Shown piece by piece: positions 17,495 to 25,364 of a DNA stretch of 32,000 bases (its first letter is position 1; every line of letters starts with the position of its first letter). Below the pieces are notes generated by a model. The model saw nothing but the letters and a program-made list of their open reading frames with translations. It made no database searches and was not told the DNA's origin. This DNA is from Alkalilimnicola ehrlichii MLHE-1 (GTDB taxonomy: Bacteria > Pseudomonadota > Gammaproteobacteria > Nitrococcales > Halorhodospiraceae). The translations under genes were made by a program, and so were the position numbers. The stretch spans positions 1,110,001-1,142,000 of the forward strand of contig NC_008340.1 of assembly GCF_000014785.1 (NCBI RefSeq), in the 5' to 3' direction.

Positions 17495-18292
17495 ATGAGG
17501 ATCTGGACAGTCGCCAATCAAAAAGGCGGGGTCGGCAAGACCACCACCGCCGTCAGCCTGGGTGGCCTGCTGGCGCTCAAGCGGCGGCGTTGTGTGCTGG
17601 TGGATCTGGATCCTCACGGCTCGCTGACCGCCTATTTTGGATACGATCCGGAGAGCGTGCAGCCGAGCATCTACGATCTGTTCGACGCCCCGGGCAAGGC
17701 CCCGCCGGCCCGGGAGCTGCTCCACGACACCGGGGTGGCCGGGCTGAAGCTCATCCCGGCCTCCACCGCGCTGGCCACCCTGGACCGACAGTTGGGCAGT
17801 CGTCAGGGCATGGGGCTGGTGGTGCGCCGCGGCCTGGCCACCCTGGAGGATGAGTTCGAGTTCGCCTTTCTGGATTGTGCGCCCATGTTGGGCGTGCTCA
17901 TGGTCAATGCCCTGGCCGCCTGCCACCACCTGCTGGTGCCGGTGCAGACGGAATTCCTCGCCCTCAAGGGGCTGGAGCGGATGGTCCGCACCCTGGAGAT
18001 GGTGCAGCGCTCGCGCAGCCGTCCGCTGCCCTACACCATCGTGCCGACGCTGTTCGATCGCCGGACCCGGGCCTCGGTGGAATCGCTCACGGAGATCCGG
18101 CGGGTCTACGGGGAGCGGGCCTGGGCGGGCGCGATTCCGGTGGACACCCAGTTCCGTGACGCCAGCCGCGCAGGGCGGCCGTTGACGGTCATGCAGCCCT
18201 GGTCACGGGGCAGTATCGCCTACCGCAAGCTCCTGGATACCTTGGATACCGGTGACCAGCAGGCCGGCCCGCCGGAGGTGGGGCATGGCTGA
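17495..18292 (+). CDS. parC: ParA-like ATPase of chemotaxis cluster (ParC type)
   Basis: MRIWTVANQKGGVGKTTTAVSLGG Walker A; located between cheB and the CheW-domain proteins as in polar chemotaxis loci. Confidence 0.85.
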   Translation: MRIWTVANQKGGVGKTTTAVSLGGLLALKRRRCVLVDLDPHGSLTAYFGYDPESVQPSIYDLFDAPGKAPPARELLHDTGVAGLKLIPASTALATLDRQLGSRQGMGLVVRRGLATLEDEFEFAFLDCAPMLGVLMVNALAACHHLLVPVQTEFLALKGLERMVRTLEMVQRSRSRPLPYTIVPTLFDRRTRASVESLTEIRRVYGERAWAGAIPVDTQFRDASRAGRPLTVMQPWSRGSIAYRKLLDTLDTGDQQAGPPEVGHG

Positions 18293-19157
18293 GCGACGGG
18301 ATAAAACGGATCCGGAACTGGTCCGGCAGGACCGCGCGGTGAGCAGTTACCTGGAGGACCTGCTGGCGGCCATCCCCGAGGGCGACGGGGAGACGGAGGC
18401 CGGACAGGCGTCCGGCGGCGGGGAGACACCGCCGGCGGTGCGTCCGGCGGCGGAGCCCGCCGCTGCGCGGCCCGCGGAGAAGGGGGGCCGTCCGGTGCGG
18501 GAGTCGCCGGCGCCGCCGGTGATCCATCTGCCGGAGCTGAGCCCCACGCTGCCCGCCCCGGAGGAGATCCCGGCTCGGCACACCCGGGAGGTGGTCCGCA
18601 AGGCGCCCCGGGTCGAGGCGGCGCCCGAGCCGGCGGCCAAGCCGGCCCGGACGTCCGCTCCGGCGCCGGAAGTGCCGGAGGTACCGGAGCTGCCGGAGAC
18701 CCCGGTCCCGGACTGGGCCTCCCCGGATTTCCAGGCCCTGATCTTCCATGTGGGCGGCCTGCGCCTGGCCGTGCCGCTCATTAAACTGCAGAGCGTGGTG
18801 CCCTTTCCGGAACGGGTCACCCGGGCGCCCGGCAAACCGCCGTGGTACCGGGGGCTGTTCCATTACCGGGGGCGCAACGTGAAGGTGGTGGATACCGCCA
18901 CCCTGGTGCTGGACCGGCATCGGGATCGCCTGGAGGAGGCGGACCGGCGGCCGCGCAAACTGCTGGTGGTGGGTGAGGGCGAATGGGCCCTGGCCTGTCG
19001 GGAGGTGGGGGAGGTGATGCGGCTGCGCCCGGACCAGGTGCAGTGGCGCACCCGCCGCGGTCGCCGTCGCTGGCTGGCAGGCACGGTGCGGGAACACCTC
19101 TGCGCTTTGATGGACACCGATGCCTTCGCGGAATTGCTGAATCAGGGTGAGGCTTGA
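18285..19157 (+). CDS. parP: CheW-domain coupling protein with long N-terminal linker (ParP-like)
   Basis: C-terminal CheW-like domain (FHVGGLRLAVPLIKLQSVVPFPERVTRAPGKPPWYRGLFHYRGRNVKVVDTA), Pro/Ala/Glu-rich N-terminus, overlaps the parA-like gene. Confidence 0.8.
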   Translation: MAERRDKTDPELVRQDRAVSSYLEDLLAAIPEGDGETEAGQASGGGETPPAVRPAAEPAAARPAEKGGRPVRESPAPPVIHLPELSPTLPAPEEIPARHTREVVRKAPRVEAAPEPAAKPARTSAPAPEVPEVPELPETPVPDWASPDFQALIFHVGGLRLAVPLIKLQSVVPFPERVTRAPGKPPWYRGLFHYRGRNVKVVDTATLVLDRHRDRLEEADRRPRKLLVVGEGEWALACREVGEVMRLRPDQVQWRTRRGRRRWLAGTVREHLCALMDTDAFAELLNQGEA

Positions 19158-19194
19158 GTTATTTACCACGGCGCCGACATCAGGGGCAGGGCCG

Positions 19195-19209
19195 GCTCTG
19201 AGACAGAGC
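19195..19209 (+). other. Short inverted repeat GCTCTG-AGA-CAGAGC between parP and cheW
   Basis: Perfect 6-bp arms seen directly. Confidence 0.5.
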
Positions 19210-19262
19210 GGCTGAGCCACCTCGTGGCGCCGGCACGGACAGGAACCTCAGCGGAGCAAGAC

Positions 19263-19751
19263 ATGGCGCAACAGCACGACGACGAACAACAGTACGGGCA
19301 GGGGCCGACCAGCCAATGGGTGACGTTCCGTCTGGACGACGAGACCTACGGCATCAACGTGATGCAGGTCCAGGAGGTGTTGCCGCTCTCGGAGATCGCG
19401 CCGGTGCCGGGGGCGCCCCCCTTCGTCATGGGCATCATCAACCTGCGGGGCAAGGTGGTGACGGTCATCGACACCCGTCTGCGCTTCGGTCTGCCCGATC
19501 GCGAACCGGATAAGAACAGCCGTATCGTGGTCATTGAGGCCGGCACCCACATCGCCGGCATCATGGTCGACAGCGTGGCCGAGGTGGTCAACGTCGCTGA
19601 GCAGGAGATCGACACGGCGCCCAATGTTGGGAACGAGGAGTCCTCCCGCTATATCTACGGCGTGGTCAGCCGCAAGGAGGGGCTGTTGATCCTGGTGGAT
19701 GTCAATCGCCTGTTGACCCAGGAGGAGTGGGACGACGTGGCCAGCGTCTGA
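19263..19751 (+). CDS. cheW: Chemotaxis coupling protein CheW
   Basis: QWVTFRLDDETYGINVMQVQEVLPLSEIAPVPGAPPFVMGIINLRGKVVTVIDTR. Confidence 0.97.
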   Translation: MAQQHDDEQQYGQGPTSQWVTFRLDDETYGINVMQVQEVLPLSEIAPVPGAPPFVMGIINLRGKVVTVIDTRLRFGLPDREPDKNSRIVVIEAGTHIAGIMVDSVAEVVNVAEQEIDTAPNVGNEESSRYIYGVVSRKEGLLILVDVNRLLTQEEWDDVASV

Positions 19752-19891
19752 CGGGGCGCCCGCTTGCAGCGGGTTGCCTCATTGCCGGCAGGGTGCTAAT
19801 TTTGATTGGCCTCGCAGGAAGCGGGGTTCAAGGACGGCTGTGGTCCATCCGGGCCCGGCCCTGGCCAACGGAATAAAGGAGTGCACAGGCC

Positions 19892-20164
19892 ATGACACTG
19901 CGTAACACCATCCCCTTTTTGTTCGCGCTTATCCTCGCCCTCGTCTCGGGACTGGCCTTGGCGGCCGACCGTATCGACATCAACACGGCTGACGCCGGGC
20001 TGCTGGCGGAGGAACTGGTCGGCGTCGGCGAGAGCCGCGCCCAGGCCATCGTGGAGCACCGCGAGGCCAACGGGCCATTCGGTAGTGTTGATGATCTCAC
20101 CCAGGTCAGCGGCATCGGTGAGACCACCCTGGAGGAGAACCGGGAACGTATCCGCGTCGAGTAG
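19892..20164 (+). CDS. Small secreted ComEA-like helix-hairpin-helix protein
   Basis: Signal peptide then RIDINTADAGLLAEELVGVGESRAQAIVEHREANGPFGSVDDLTQVSGIG. Confidence 0.88.
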   Translation: MTLRNTIPFLFALILALVSGLALAADRIDINTADAGLLAEELVGVGESRAQAIVEHREANGPFGSVDDLTQVSGIGETTLEENRERIRVE

Positions 20165-20181
20165 GTACGCCGACTAGGTGG

Positions 20182-20214
20182 AAAAAAACCGGCCCCGCCA
20201 CGGCGGGACCGGTT
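20182..20214 (-). terminator. Rho-independent terminator downstream of the SDR gene (minus direction; may act bidirectionally)
   Basis: Stem AACCGG-c-CCCGCC / GGCGGG-a-CCGGTT with seven T on the minus strand after the stem. Confidence 0.8.
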
Positions 20215-20248
20215 ACGAGGCCGCCCCCTGATGGGGCTGACGGGCCCC

Positions 20249-20992
20249 TTACATGTAAACACCACCGTTAATGTTGAGCTGCTGACCGGTGATGTAGTCG
20301 CCGTCCGAAGCCAGGTAGGCGACGCCGCGCGCGACTTCCTCCGGCTCGCCGAAACGGTTCTGCGGCACCGTGGACAGGATCTTCTCCTGCACCTTCTCCG
20401 GGATGGCGGCGACCATCTCGGTGGCGGTAAAGCCCGGCGCCACCGCGTTCACGGTGATGTTATTGCGGGCCACTTCCTTCGCCAGGCTCTTGGTGAACGC
20501 GATCACCGCGCCCTTGCTGGCGGCGTAGTTGGTCTGACCGAAGTTGCCGGCCTGACCCACGAAGGAGCTGATGTTGATGATCCGCCCGAACTTGTTCTCC
20601 AGCATGGAGGGCAGGGCGGCGCTGGTGACGTAAAATACGCTGTTCAGGTTGGTGTTGATGACCTCGTGCCAGGCCTCGTCGGTCATCTTCTTGAAGGTGG
20701 TGTCCCGGGTGATACCGGCGTTGTTGACCAGTACATCCACCCGCCCCCACTGGTCGATAACCTGCTTGACCAGATTGCGTGCAGAGTCCGCATCGCCCAC
20801 ATCGGCCTGCAGCACCAGGGCCTCGGTCCCCAGGCCACGAATCTCGTCGGCGACGGCCTCGGCCTTGTCCTTGCTGCCGTGGTAGTTAATAGCCACTTTG
20901 GCGCCCAGCTTGGCCAGCTCCAGCGCGATGGATTTGCCGATACCGCGAGAGCCGCCGGTGACCAGTGCGATTTTGTCGTCGAGTTTTTGCAT
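20249..20992 (-). CDS. SDR-family 3-oxoacyl-ACP / acetoacetyl-CoA reductase
   Basis: TGGSRGIGKSIA, NNAGITRD, catalytic YAASK; 247 aa. FabG versus PhbB cannot be separated from the sequence alone. Confidence 0.93.
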   Translation of the reverse strand: MQKLDDKIALVTGGSRGIGKSIALELAKLGAKVAINYHGSKDKAEAVADEIRGLGTEALVLQADVGDADSARNLVKQVIDQWGRVDVLVNNAGITRDTTFKKMTDEAWHEVINTNLNSVFYVTSAALPSMLENKFGRIINISSFVGQAGNFGQTNYAASKGAVIAFTKSLAKEVARNNITVNAVAPGFTATEMVAAIPEKVQEKILSTVPQNRFGEPEEVARGVAYLASDGDYITGQQLNINGGVYM

Positions 20993-21117
20993 GGGGTCTT
21001 AGCTCCTCCTGCTTTGCCCATTGTTATGGATGAGTGGCTCACCCGCAGTAAACAGTATAGGTACAATATCTTGCAAACTGCCTCCCCCGAAGCCGCCCCG
21101 GTGAGCGAAAACCTGGC

Positions 21118-23244
21118 ATGCTCGAAGAATCTGTGAAGCAAGAGATCCGTGAGGCCCTGCGCCAAGTAGGGCAGAATGTGCCCGGTTTCCGCAGCCGGTC
21201 CCAGCAGCGCCAGATGATCGCGGAGGTGGCGCGCACCCTCGCCGGCGAATGCGAGGGCCGGCGGCTGCTGGCCATCGAGGGGCCCACCGGCACGGGTAAG
21301 AGCCTGGCCTATTTGCTGGCCGGCATCCCCGTCGCCCGCGCCGAGGGGCGGCAGCTTATCATCTCCACCGCCACCGTCGCCCTGCAGGAGCAGATCGTCG
21401 ACCGCGACCTGCCGGCGCTGCAGGCCAACTCCGGGCTGACCTTCAGTTACGGTCTGATCAAGGGCCGGCGGCGTTACGTCTGTACCCGCAACCTGGAGCA
21501 GCTGGTGGGCGGTGCGGCCCAGGGCGAGATGGACCTGGGCGGGCCCTCCGCGGGGCCGGCACACTGGCCGCGCAAGCCACAGACGGGCGAGTTGGAGCAC
21601 CTGCAGGCGCTCTACCGCGACCTCCAGGCCGGCGACTGGGACGGCGACCTGGACCGCCGCCCGCCCCCCGCCGCCGACCTGCAGGGGCCGATGACCACCG
21701 ACCGCCACGGCTGTACCGGCCGGGGCTGCCCCCACGTCAGCGACTGCCCCTTCCACCGCGCCCGTCGCGGCATGGAGGAGCAGGACGTGCTGGTGGCCAA
21801 TCACGACCTGGTGCTGGCGGACCTGGCCATGGGCGGCGGGGTCATCCTGCCGCCTCCGGAGCAGGTGTTCTACGTCTTCGACGAGGCGCACCACCTGGCC
21901 GCCCGCGCCACCGATGCCTTCCGGGCCGAGTCGCCGCTGTTGGCCTCGGTGCAGTGGCTCGAGCGGCTGCCGCGGCTCGCCGGGCAGGCCATCAGCCTGT
22001 TGCCGGAGGAGGCGGGCCGACACCTGGAGGCCCTGGAGCGGGCGGTGAACGAGCTGTCGGCGATGCTCAACGAGATGCACGGCATGATCCGGCGCGACTG
22101 GCAGCGGATGAACCGGGACGGGGTCTGGCGCTTTCCCGCCGGCGAACTGCCGGCGCCCCTGGGCGAGCTGGTGCCGGGGTTGCGCGACGCCAGTGCCGAG
22201 GTGGAGAAGCACTACGGGCGGATCGGTCAGGCCTTCGCCAAGGTCACCGCCGAGGAGGGGGTCACCCCGGGGAGCGTGGCCGAGCGCCTGGCCCCGGAGC
22301 TGGGCGAGGCGGCCTCCCGGGTGGAGCACCTGGCCGACACCTGGCGGCTGGTGGCCCGGGAGCAGCCGTCCGAGGCGCCCCCGGTGGCGCGCTGGATCAC
22401 GGCCCTGGGGAGCGGGCGGCCTGATTATCTGGTTGCCGCCTCGCCGGTTTCCGCCGCCGCCATGTTGCGCAACGGCCTGTGGTCACGGGCCGCTGGGGCC
22501 GTGCTGACCTCCGCCACGCTCACTGCCCTGGGCCGGTTCGACCGCATGCGCCTGGCCTGCGGGCTGGAGGAGGACGACGGCACCCGTTACCTCTCGCTGG
22601 CCTCGCCCTTCGACTACCGTAACCGGGCGGTACTGCACGTGCCGCGCATGGCTTCCGACCCACGCGACCCGGAGGCCCACACCGGGGAGCTGATCCGGGT
22701 GCTGCCCGGCATCCTGGAGCCCGAGGGGGGGGCCCTGGTGCTGTTCGCCTCGGCGCGGCAACTGGATGCGGTCTATGAGGGCCTGCCTGCCGAGTGGCAG
22801 GGGCGTATCCTGCGCCAGCGCGAGCGCCCGCGGGTGGAGTTGCTGGCGGCCCATGCCCGGGCGGTGGAGGCGGGTGAGCCGTCGGTGATCTTCGGCCTGG
22901 CCGGCTTTGCCGAGGGGGTGGACCTGCCCGGCGATCTCTGCCGCCACGTGGTCATCGCCAAGCTGCCCTTCGCCGTGCCCGACAGCCCGGTGGAAGCGAC
23001 CTTGGCCGAATGGCTGGAGTCCCGCGGGCGCAACCCCTTCATGGACATCACCGTACCCGACGCCGGCATGAAGCTGGTGCAGGCCTGCGGCCGGCTGCTG
23101 CGCTCCGAGGCGGACAGCGGCCGGGTCACGGTGCTGGACCGGCGCCTGCTCACCCACCGCTACGGCCAGGCCCTGCTCAACGGCCTGCCGCCATTCGGGC
23201 GGGAGCTGGGCACGCCCATCGTGGCGCCGGCGGCGCTGGGCTAG
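21118..23244 (+). CDS. dinG: DinG/XPD-family ATP-dependent helicase
   Basis: EGPTGTGKSLAYLL Walker A, DEAHH box, Cys cluster CTGRGCPHVSDC suggesting a 4Fe-4S domain, C-terminal QACGRLLRSEAD motif. Confidence 0.9.
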   Translation: MLEESVKQEIREALRQVGQNVPGFRSRSQQRQMIAEVARTLAGECEGRRLLAIEGPTGTGKSLAYLLAGIPVARAEGRQLIISTATVALQEQIVDRDLPALQANSGLTFSYGLIKGRRRYVCTRNLEQLVGGAAQGEMDLGGPSAGPAHWPRKPQTGELEHLQALYRDLQAGDWDGDLDRRPPPAADLQGPMTTDRHGCTGRGCPHVSDCPFHRARRGMEEQDVLVANHDLVLADLAMGGGVILPPPEQVFYVFDEAHHLAARATDAFRAESPLLASVQWLERLPRLAGQAISLLPEEAGRHLEALERAVNELSAMLNEMHGMIRRDWQRMNRDGVWRFPAGELPAPLGELVPGLRDASAEVEKHYGRIGQAFAKVTAEEGVTPGSVAERLAPELGEAASRVEHLADTWRLVAREQPSEAPPVARWITALGSGRPDYLVAASPVSAAAMLRNGLWSRAAGAVLTSATLTALGRFDRMRLACGLEEDDGTRYLSLASPFDYRNRAVLHVPRMASDPRDPEAHTGELIRVLPGILEPEGGALVLFASARQLDAVYEGLPAEWQGRILRQRERPRVELLAAHARAVEAGEPSVIFGLAGFAEGVDLPGDLCRHVVIAKLPFAVPDSPVEATLAEWLESRGRNPFMDITVPDAGMKLVQACGRLLRSEADSGRVTVLDRRLLTHRYGQALLNGLPPFGRELGTPIVAPAALG

Positions 23245-23257
23245 GCGCTAGCCCCAG
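23236..23257. other. Inverted repeat GGGCTAG-GCG-CTAGCCC spanning both stop codons of convergent genes
   Basis: 7-bp perfect arms (23238-23244 / 23248-23254), extendable with one bulge; no T-tract. Confidence 0.6.
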
Positions 23258-23700
23258 ACCGCCCGTTTGCACAGCTTACCGAAGGGGCGCCGGCCCAGCC
23301 GGCTGACCGCCGCCTGACCGTCGCTCTCGGCGGCGACCAGGTCGTAGAGCTCCGGGGCCGCGTCGACCAGATCGTCGATGCGCCAGGGGAAGCGCTCGAA
23401 GGCGGCCAGGATGGCGGCCAGGCGCGCCTCCACCGCCTCGGCCGGCGGCGTGTCGTCGTCCGCGGGCTGTTCGGCCAACAGTGTGGCGCTGGCGGTCAAC
23501 GCCGCCCGGGTCCAGCATACGGTGGTGAGCCCGCGCGCGTGTTGCTCCAGCAGCGCCTCGTCCTCATCGCTGAGCCGGTCGAGGAGGTCGAACTTGTTGG
23601 TCACCCCCGCAGCGTGCAGGGCGTAGACCCGCCGCAGCACCGGCGCCAGACTGCGTCCGTGGCAGCCCTCACCGCCGGGGCATTGTTCACAGGATTCCAC
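23248..23700 (-). CDS. Uncharacterised 150-aa protein with N-terminal CxxCx5C
   Basis: Intact ORF MESCEQCPGGEGCHGRS..., last member of the minus-strand nar-linked gene string. Confidence 0.7.
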   Translation of the reverse strand: MESCEQCPGGEGCHGRSLAPVLRRVYALHAAGVTNKFDLLDRLSDEDEALLEQHARGLTTVCWTRAALTASATLLAEQPADDDTPPAEAVEARLAAILAAFERFPWRIDDLVDAAPELYDLVAAESDGQAAVSRLGRRPFGKLCKRAVWG

Positions 23701-23726
23701 CAGACGACCTCCCTCACTTCGCGGAT

Positions 23727-24083
23727 TTAATGCTCCCCTTTGGTGCGCAGTATACCGGCCAGGCGATTGCCCTGCTTCTGCGGGCCACCACGGGGGAAGA
23801 GGTCGTGCAGGTAGTGGTTGTTGCCCTTCTCCGGCCCCCAGTAGTTGCGAAAGTGTTTGATCATCACCCGCACCTGGGGCTGGACCTGGTGGCGGTAGTA
23901 GTAACTGCGGATAAAGCAGATGACGTCCCAGTGCTCGTCGGTGAGCACCAGCCCTTCCTCGTCGGCCAGGGCCTGCGCGAACGACTCGGACCAGTCGTCA
24001 AGATTGATGATGTAGCCCTCCGGATCCACAGGGATCTCCCGGTCGCCCACCCAAAGGGTTCTCGTGGTGGTGCTCATGGTCAT
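23727..24083 (-). CDS. DsrC/TusE-family protein lacking the C-terminal cysteines
   Basis: DPEGYIINLDDWSESFAQALADEEGLVLTDEHWDVICFIRSYYY... and LFPRGGPQKQGNRLAGILRTKGEH-stop; family fold motifs present, Cys positions replaced. Confidence 0.88.
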   Translation of the reverse strand: MTMSTTTRTLWVGDREIPVDPEGYIINLDDWSESFAQALADEEGLVLTDEHWDVICFIRSYYYRHQVQPQVRVMIKHFRNYWGPEKGNNHYLHDLFPRGGPQKQGNRLAGILRTKGEH

Positions 24084-24096
24084 GTGTTCTCCCGTT

Positions 24097-24507
24097 TTAA
24101 TGGGGGGCCAGGCGCACCGGACTGCCCGCGCGGTCGAATACCGCGTAGCCGGACAGATCCGCGCCGTTCTCCACGGCCTCGGCCATTTGCTTCAGGTAGG
24201 GTTCAGCCTCGTCCGAGGTGGGGAGTCGGCCGTCTTGGGCGGACAGGCTGGAGACCATAATCAGGTCCCAGGGCTGGCCCACCTTGTCGGCCTCCTCCAC
24301 CAGCACGTCCAGGCGCAGGTCCGCGGTCAGCTCCCGGTCGGTGGCCATCACCGGCACCAGGTGGCCGCGCCCTTCGATCACCTCGGTGCCCTCCGGCGGC
24401 GCGGTGTCGTCCTCGGGCTCGGCCCGCAGCAGGACCAGGAGCAGCAGCTGCGGGCTGTCCTGCTCCAGACCGACGGTCTTCAGGTCGTCGAAGCTCTTGA
24501 TCTGCAT
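24097..24507 (-). CDS. Conserved-looking 136-aa protein of unknown function in the nar gene string
   Basis: Intact ORF MQIKSFDDLKTVGLEQDSPQLLLLVLLRAEPEDD..., tight spacing to both neighbours. Confidence 0.75.
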   Translation of the reverse strand: MQIKSFDDLKTVGLEQDSPQLLLLVLLRAEPEDDTAPPEGTEVIEGRGHLVPVMATDRELTADLRLDVLVEEADKVGQPWDLIMVSSLSAQDGRLPTSDEAEPYLKQMAEAVENGADLSGYAVFDRAGSPVRLAPH

Positions 24508-24521
24508 GGGTAATCGGGCTC

Positions 24522-25304
24522 CTACTGCGTCAGCGGGGTGGTGTCCCCGTCCAATTGGATGCCTTTGATGTCCGCCTCACCGACGAGCAGGCGCAGGTAC
24601 TGGTTCAACGCCCGTTGCCGGGAGACGGCCTCCAGGTACTCCGCGATGCGCTCGTGCACGGCCTCGAAGGGCAGGGCGGTGCCCGGGATGCGTTGCAGGA
24701 CCTCCACCACGTGGAAGCCATAACGTGTCTTAATGGGTTGTGGGGCGAGGCCCACAGGCAGCCGCAGGACGGCGTCCTCGAACTCCGGCACGGTCTCGCC
24801 CCGGCTCACTTGGCCTAACAGCCCGCCCTGTTCCGATGAGGGGCAGCGTGAGTGTGCGGTGGCCAGGGCGGGGAAGGCCGCCGGGTCGGCCTGCAACTGG
24901 CGGATGAGCCCCTCGGCGGTCTGGCGGGCCTGTTCCCGTTCCTCCAGGTCCTCCGGGTGGCCGGCCACCAGGATGTGCCGGACCTCGGCCAGGTCGGGGG
25001 TCCGAAAGTGGTCGGGGTTCTGTTCGAACCAGCGCCGGCAGGTGGCCTCGTCCGCCTGCGGGATGTCCACCTCCAACTCGATGAGCCGGTCGATCACCGC
25101 GTCGAGTGCCTGGTCATCGCTGTCATCCTCGGGCACCTCGAGGTCGAGTTGCAGCGCGCGCTGACGCAGCAGTTCGCGGAGGGTCAGGGCCAGCGCGGCC
25201 TGCTCCTGTGCCTCACGCGGGTCCAGGTCCGGCCGCTTATGGTGCGCCGACTCGATATTGATGGCGTGGTGAGTGATCTCCACGCCGTTGACCTCAATCG
25301 TCAT
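24522..25304 (-). CDS. Parvulin-type peptidyl-prolyl cis-trans isomerase (PpiC/NifM-like)
   Basis: EVRHILVAGHPEDLEEREQARQTAEGLIRQLQADPAAFPALATAHSRCPSSEQGGLLGQVSRGETVPEFEDAVLRLPVG ... PIKTRYGFHVVEV. Confidence 0.92.
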   Translation of the reverse strand: MTIEVNGVEITHHAINIESAHHKRPDLDPREAQEQAALALTLRELLRQRALQLDLEVPEDDSDDQALDAVIDRLIELEVDIPQADEATCRRWFEQNPDHFRTPDLAEVRHILVAGHPEDLEEREQARQTAEGLIRQLQADPAAFPALATAHSRCPSSEQGGLLGQVSRGETVPEFEDAVLRLPVGLAPQPIKTRYGFHVVEVLQRIPGTALPFEAVHERIAEYLEAVSRQRALNQYLRLLVGEADIKGIQLDGDTTPLTQ

Positions 25305-25319
25305 GCTACCTCCCGTGCC

Positions 25320-25350
25320 ACCGGGGCGGGTCGAGTCGACCCGCCCCGGT
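25320..25350. other. 31-bp near-perfect palindrome (15-bp arms) between narI and the PPIase gene
   Basis: ACCGGGGCGGGTCGA-G-TCGACCCGCCCCGGT read directly. Confidence 0.9.
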
Positions 25351-25364
25351 CATGCGGCGGCCTT

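Noticed and set aside
19759-19773. CCCGC-TTGCA-GCGGG as a cheW terminator
   Set aside because: Stem is only 5 bp and followed by ttgcctc rather than a T-tract; too weak to call.
20683-22329. 548-aa ORF on the - strand
   Set aside because: Covers dinG antisense, the intergenic region and part of fabG in another frame; not compatible with the well-supported genes.
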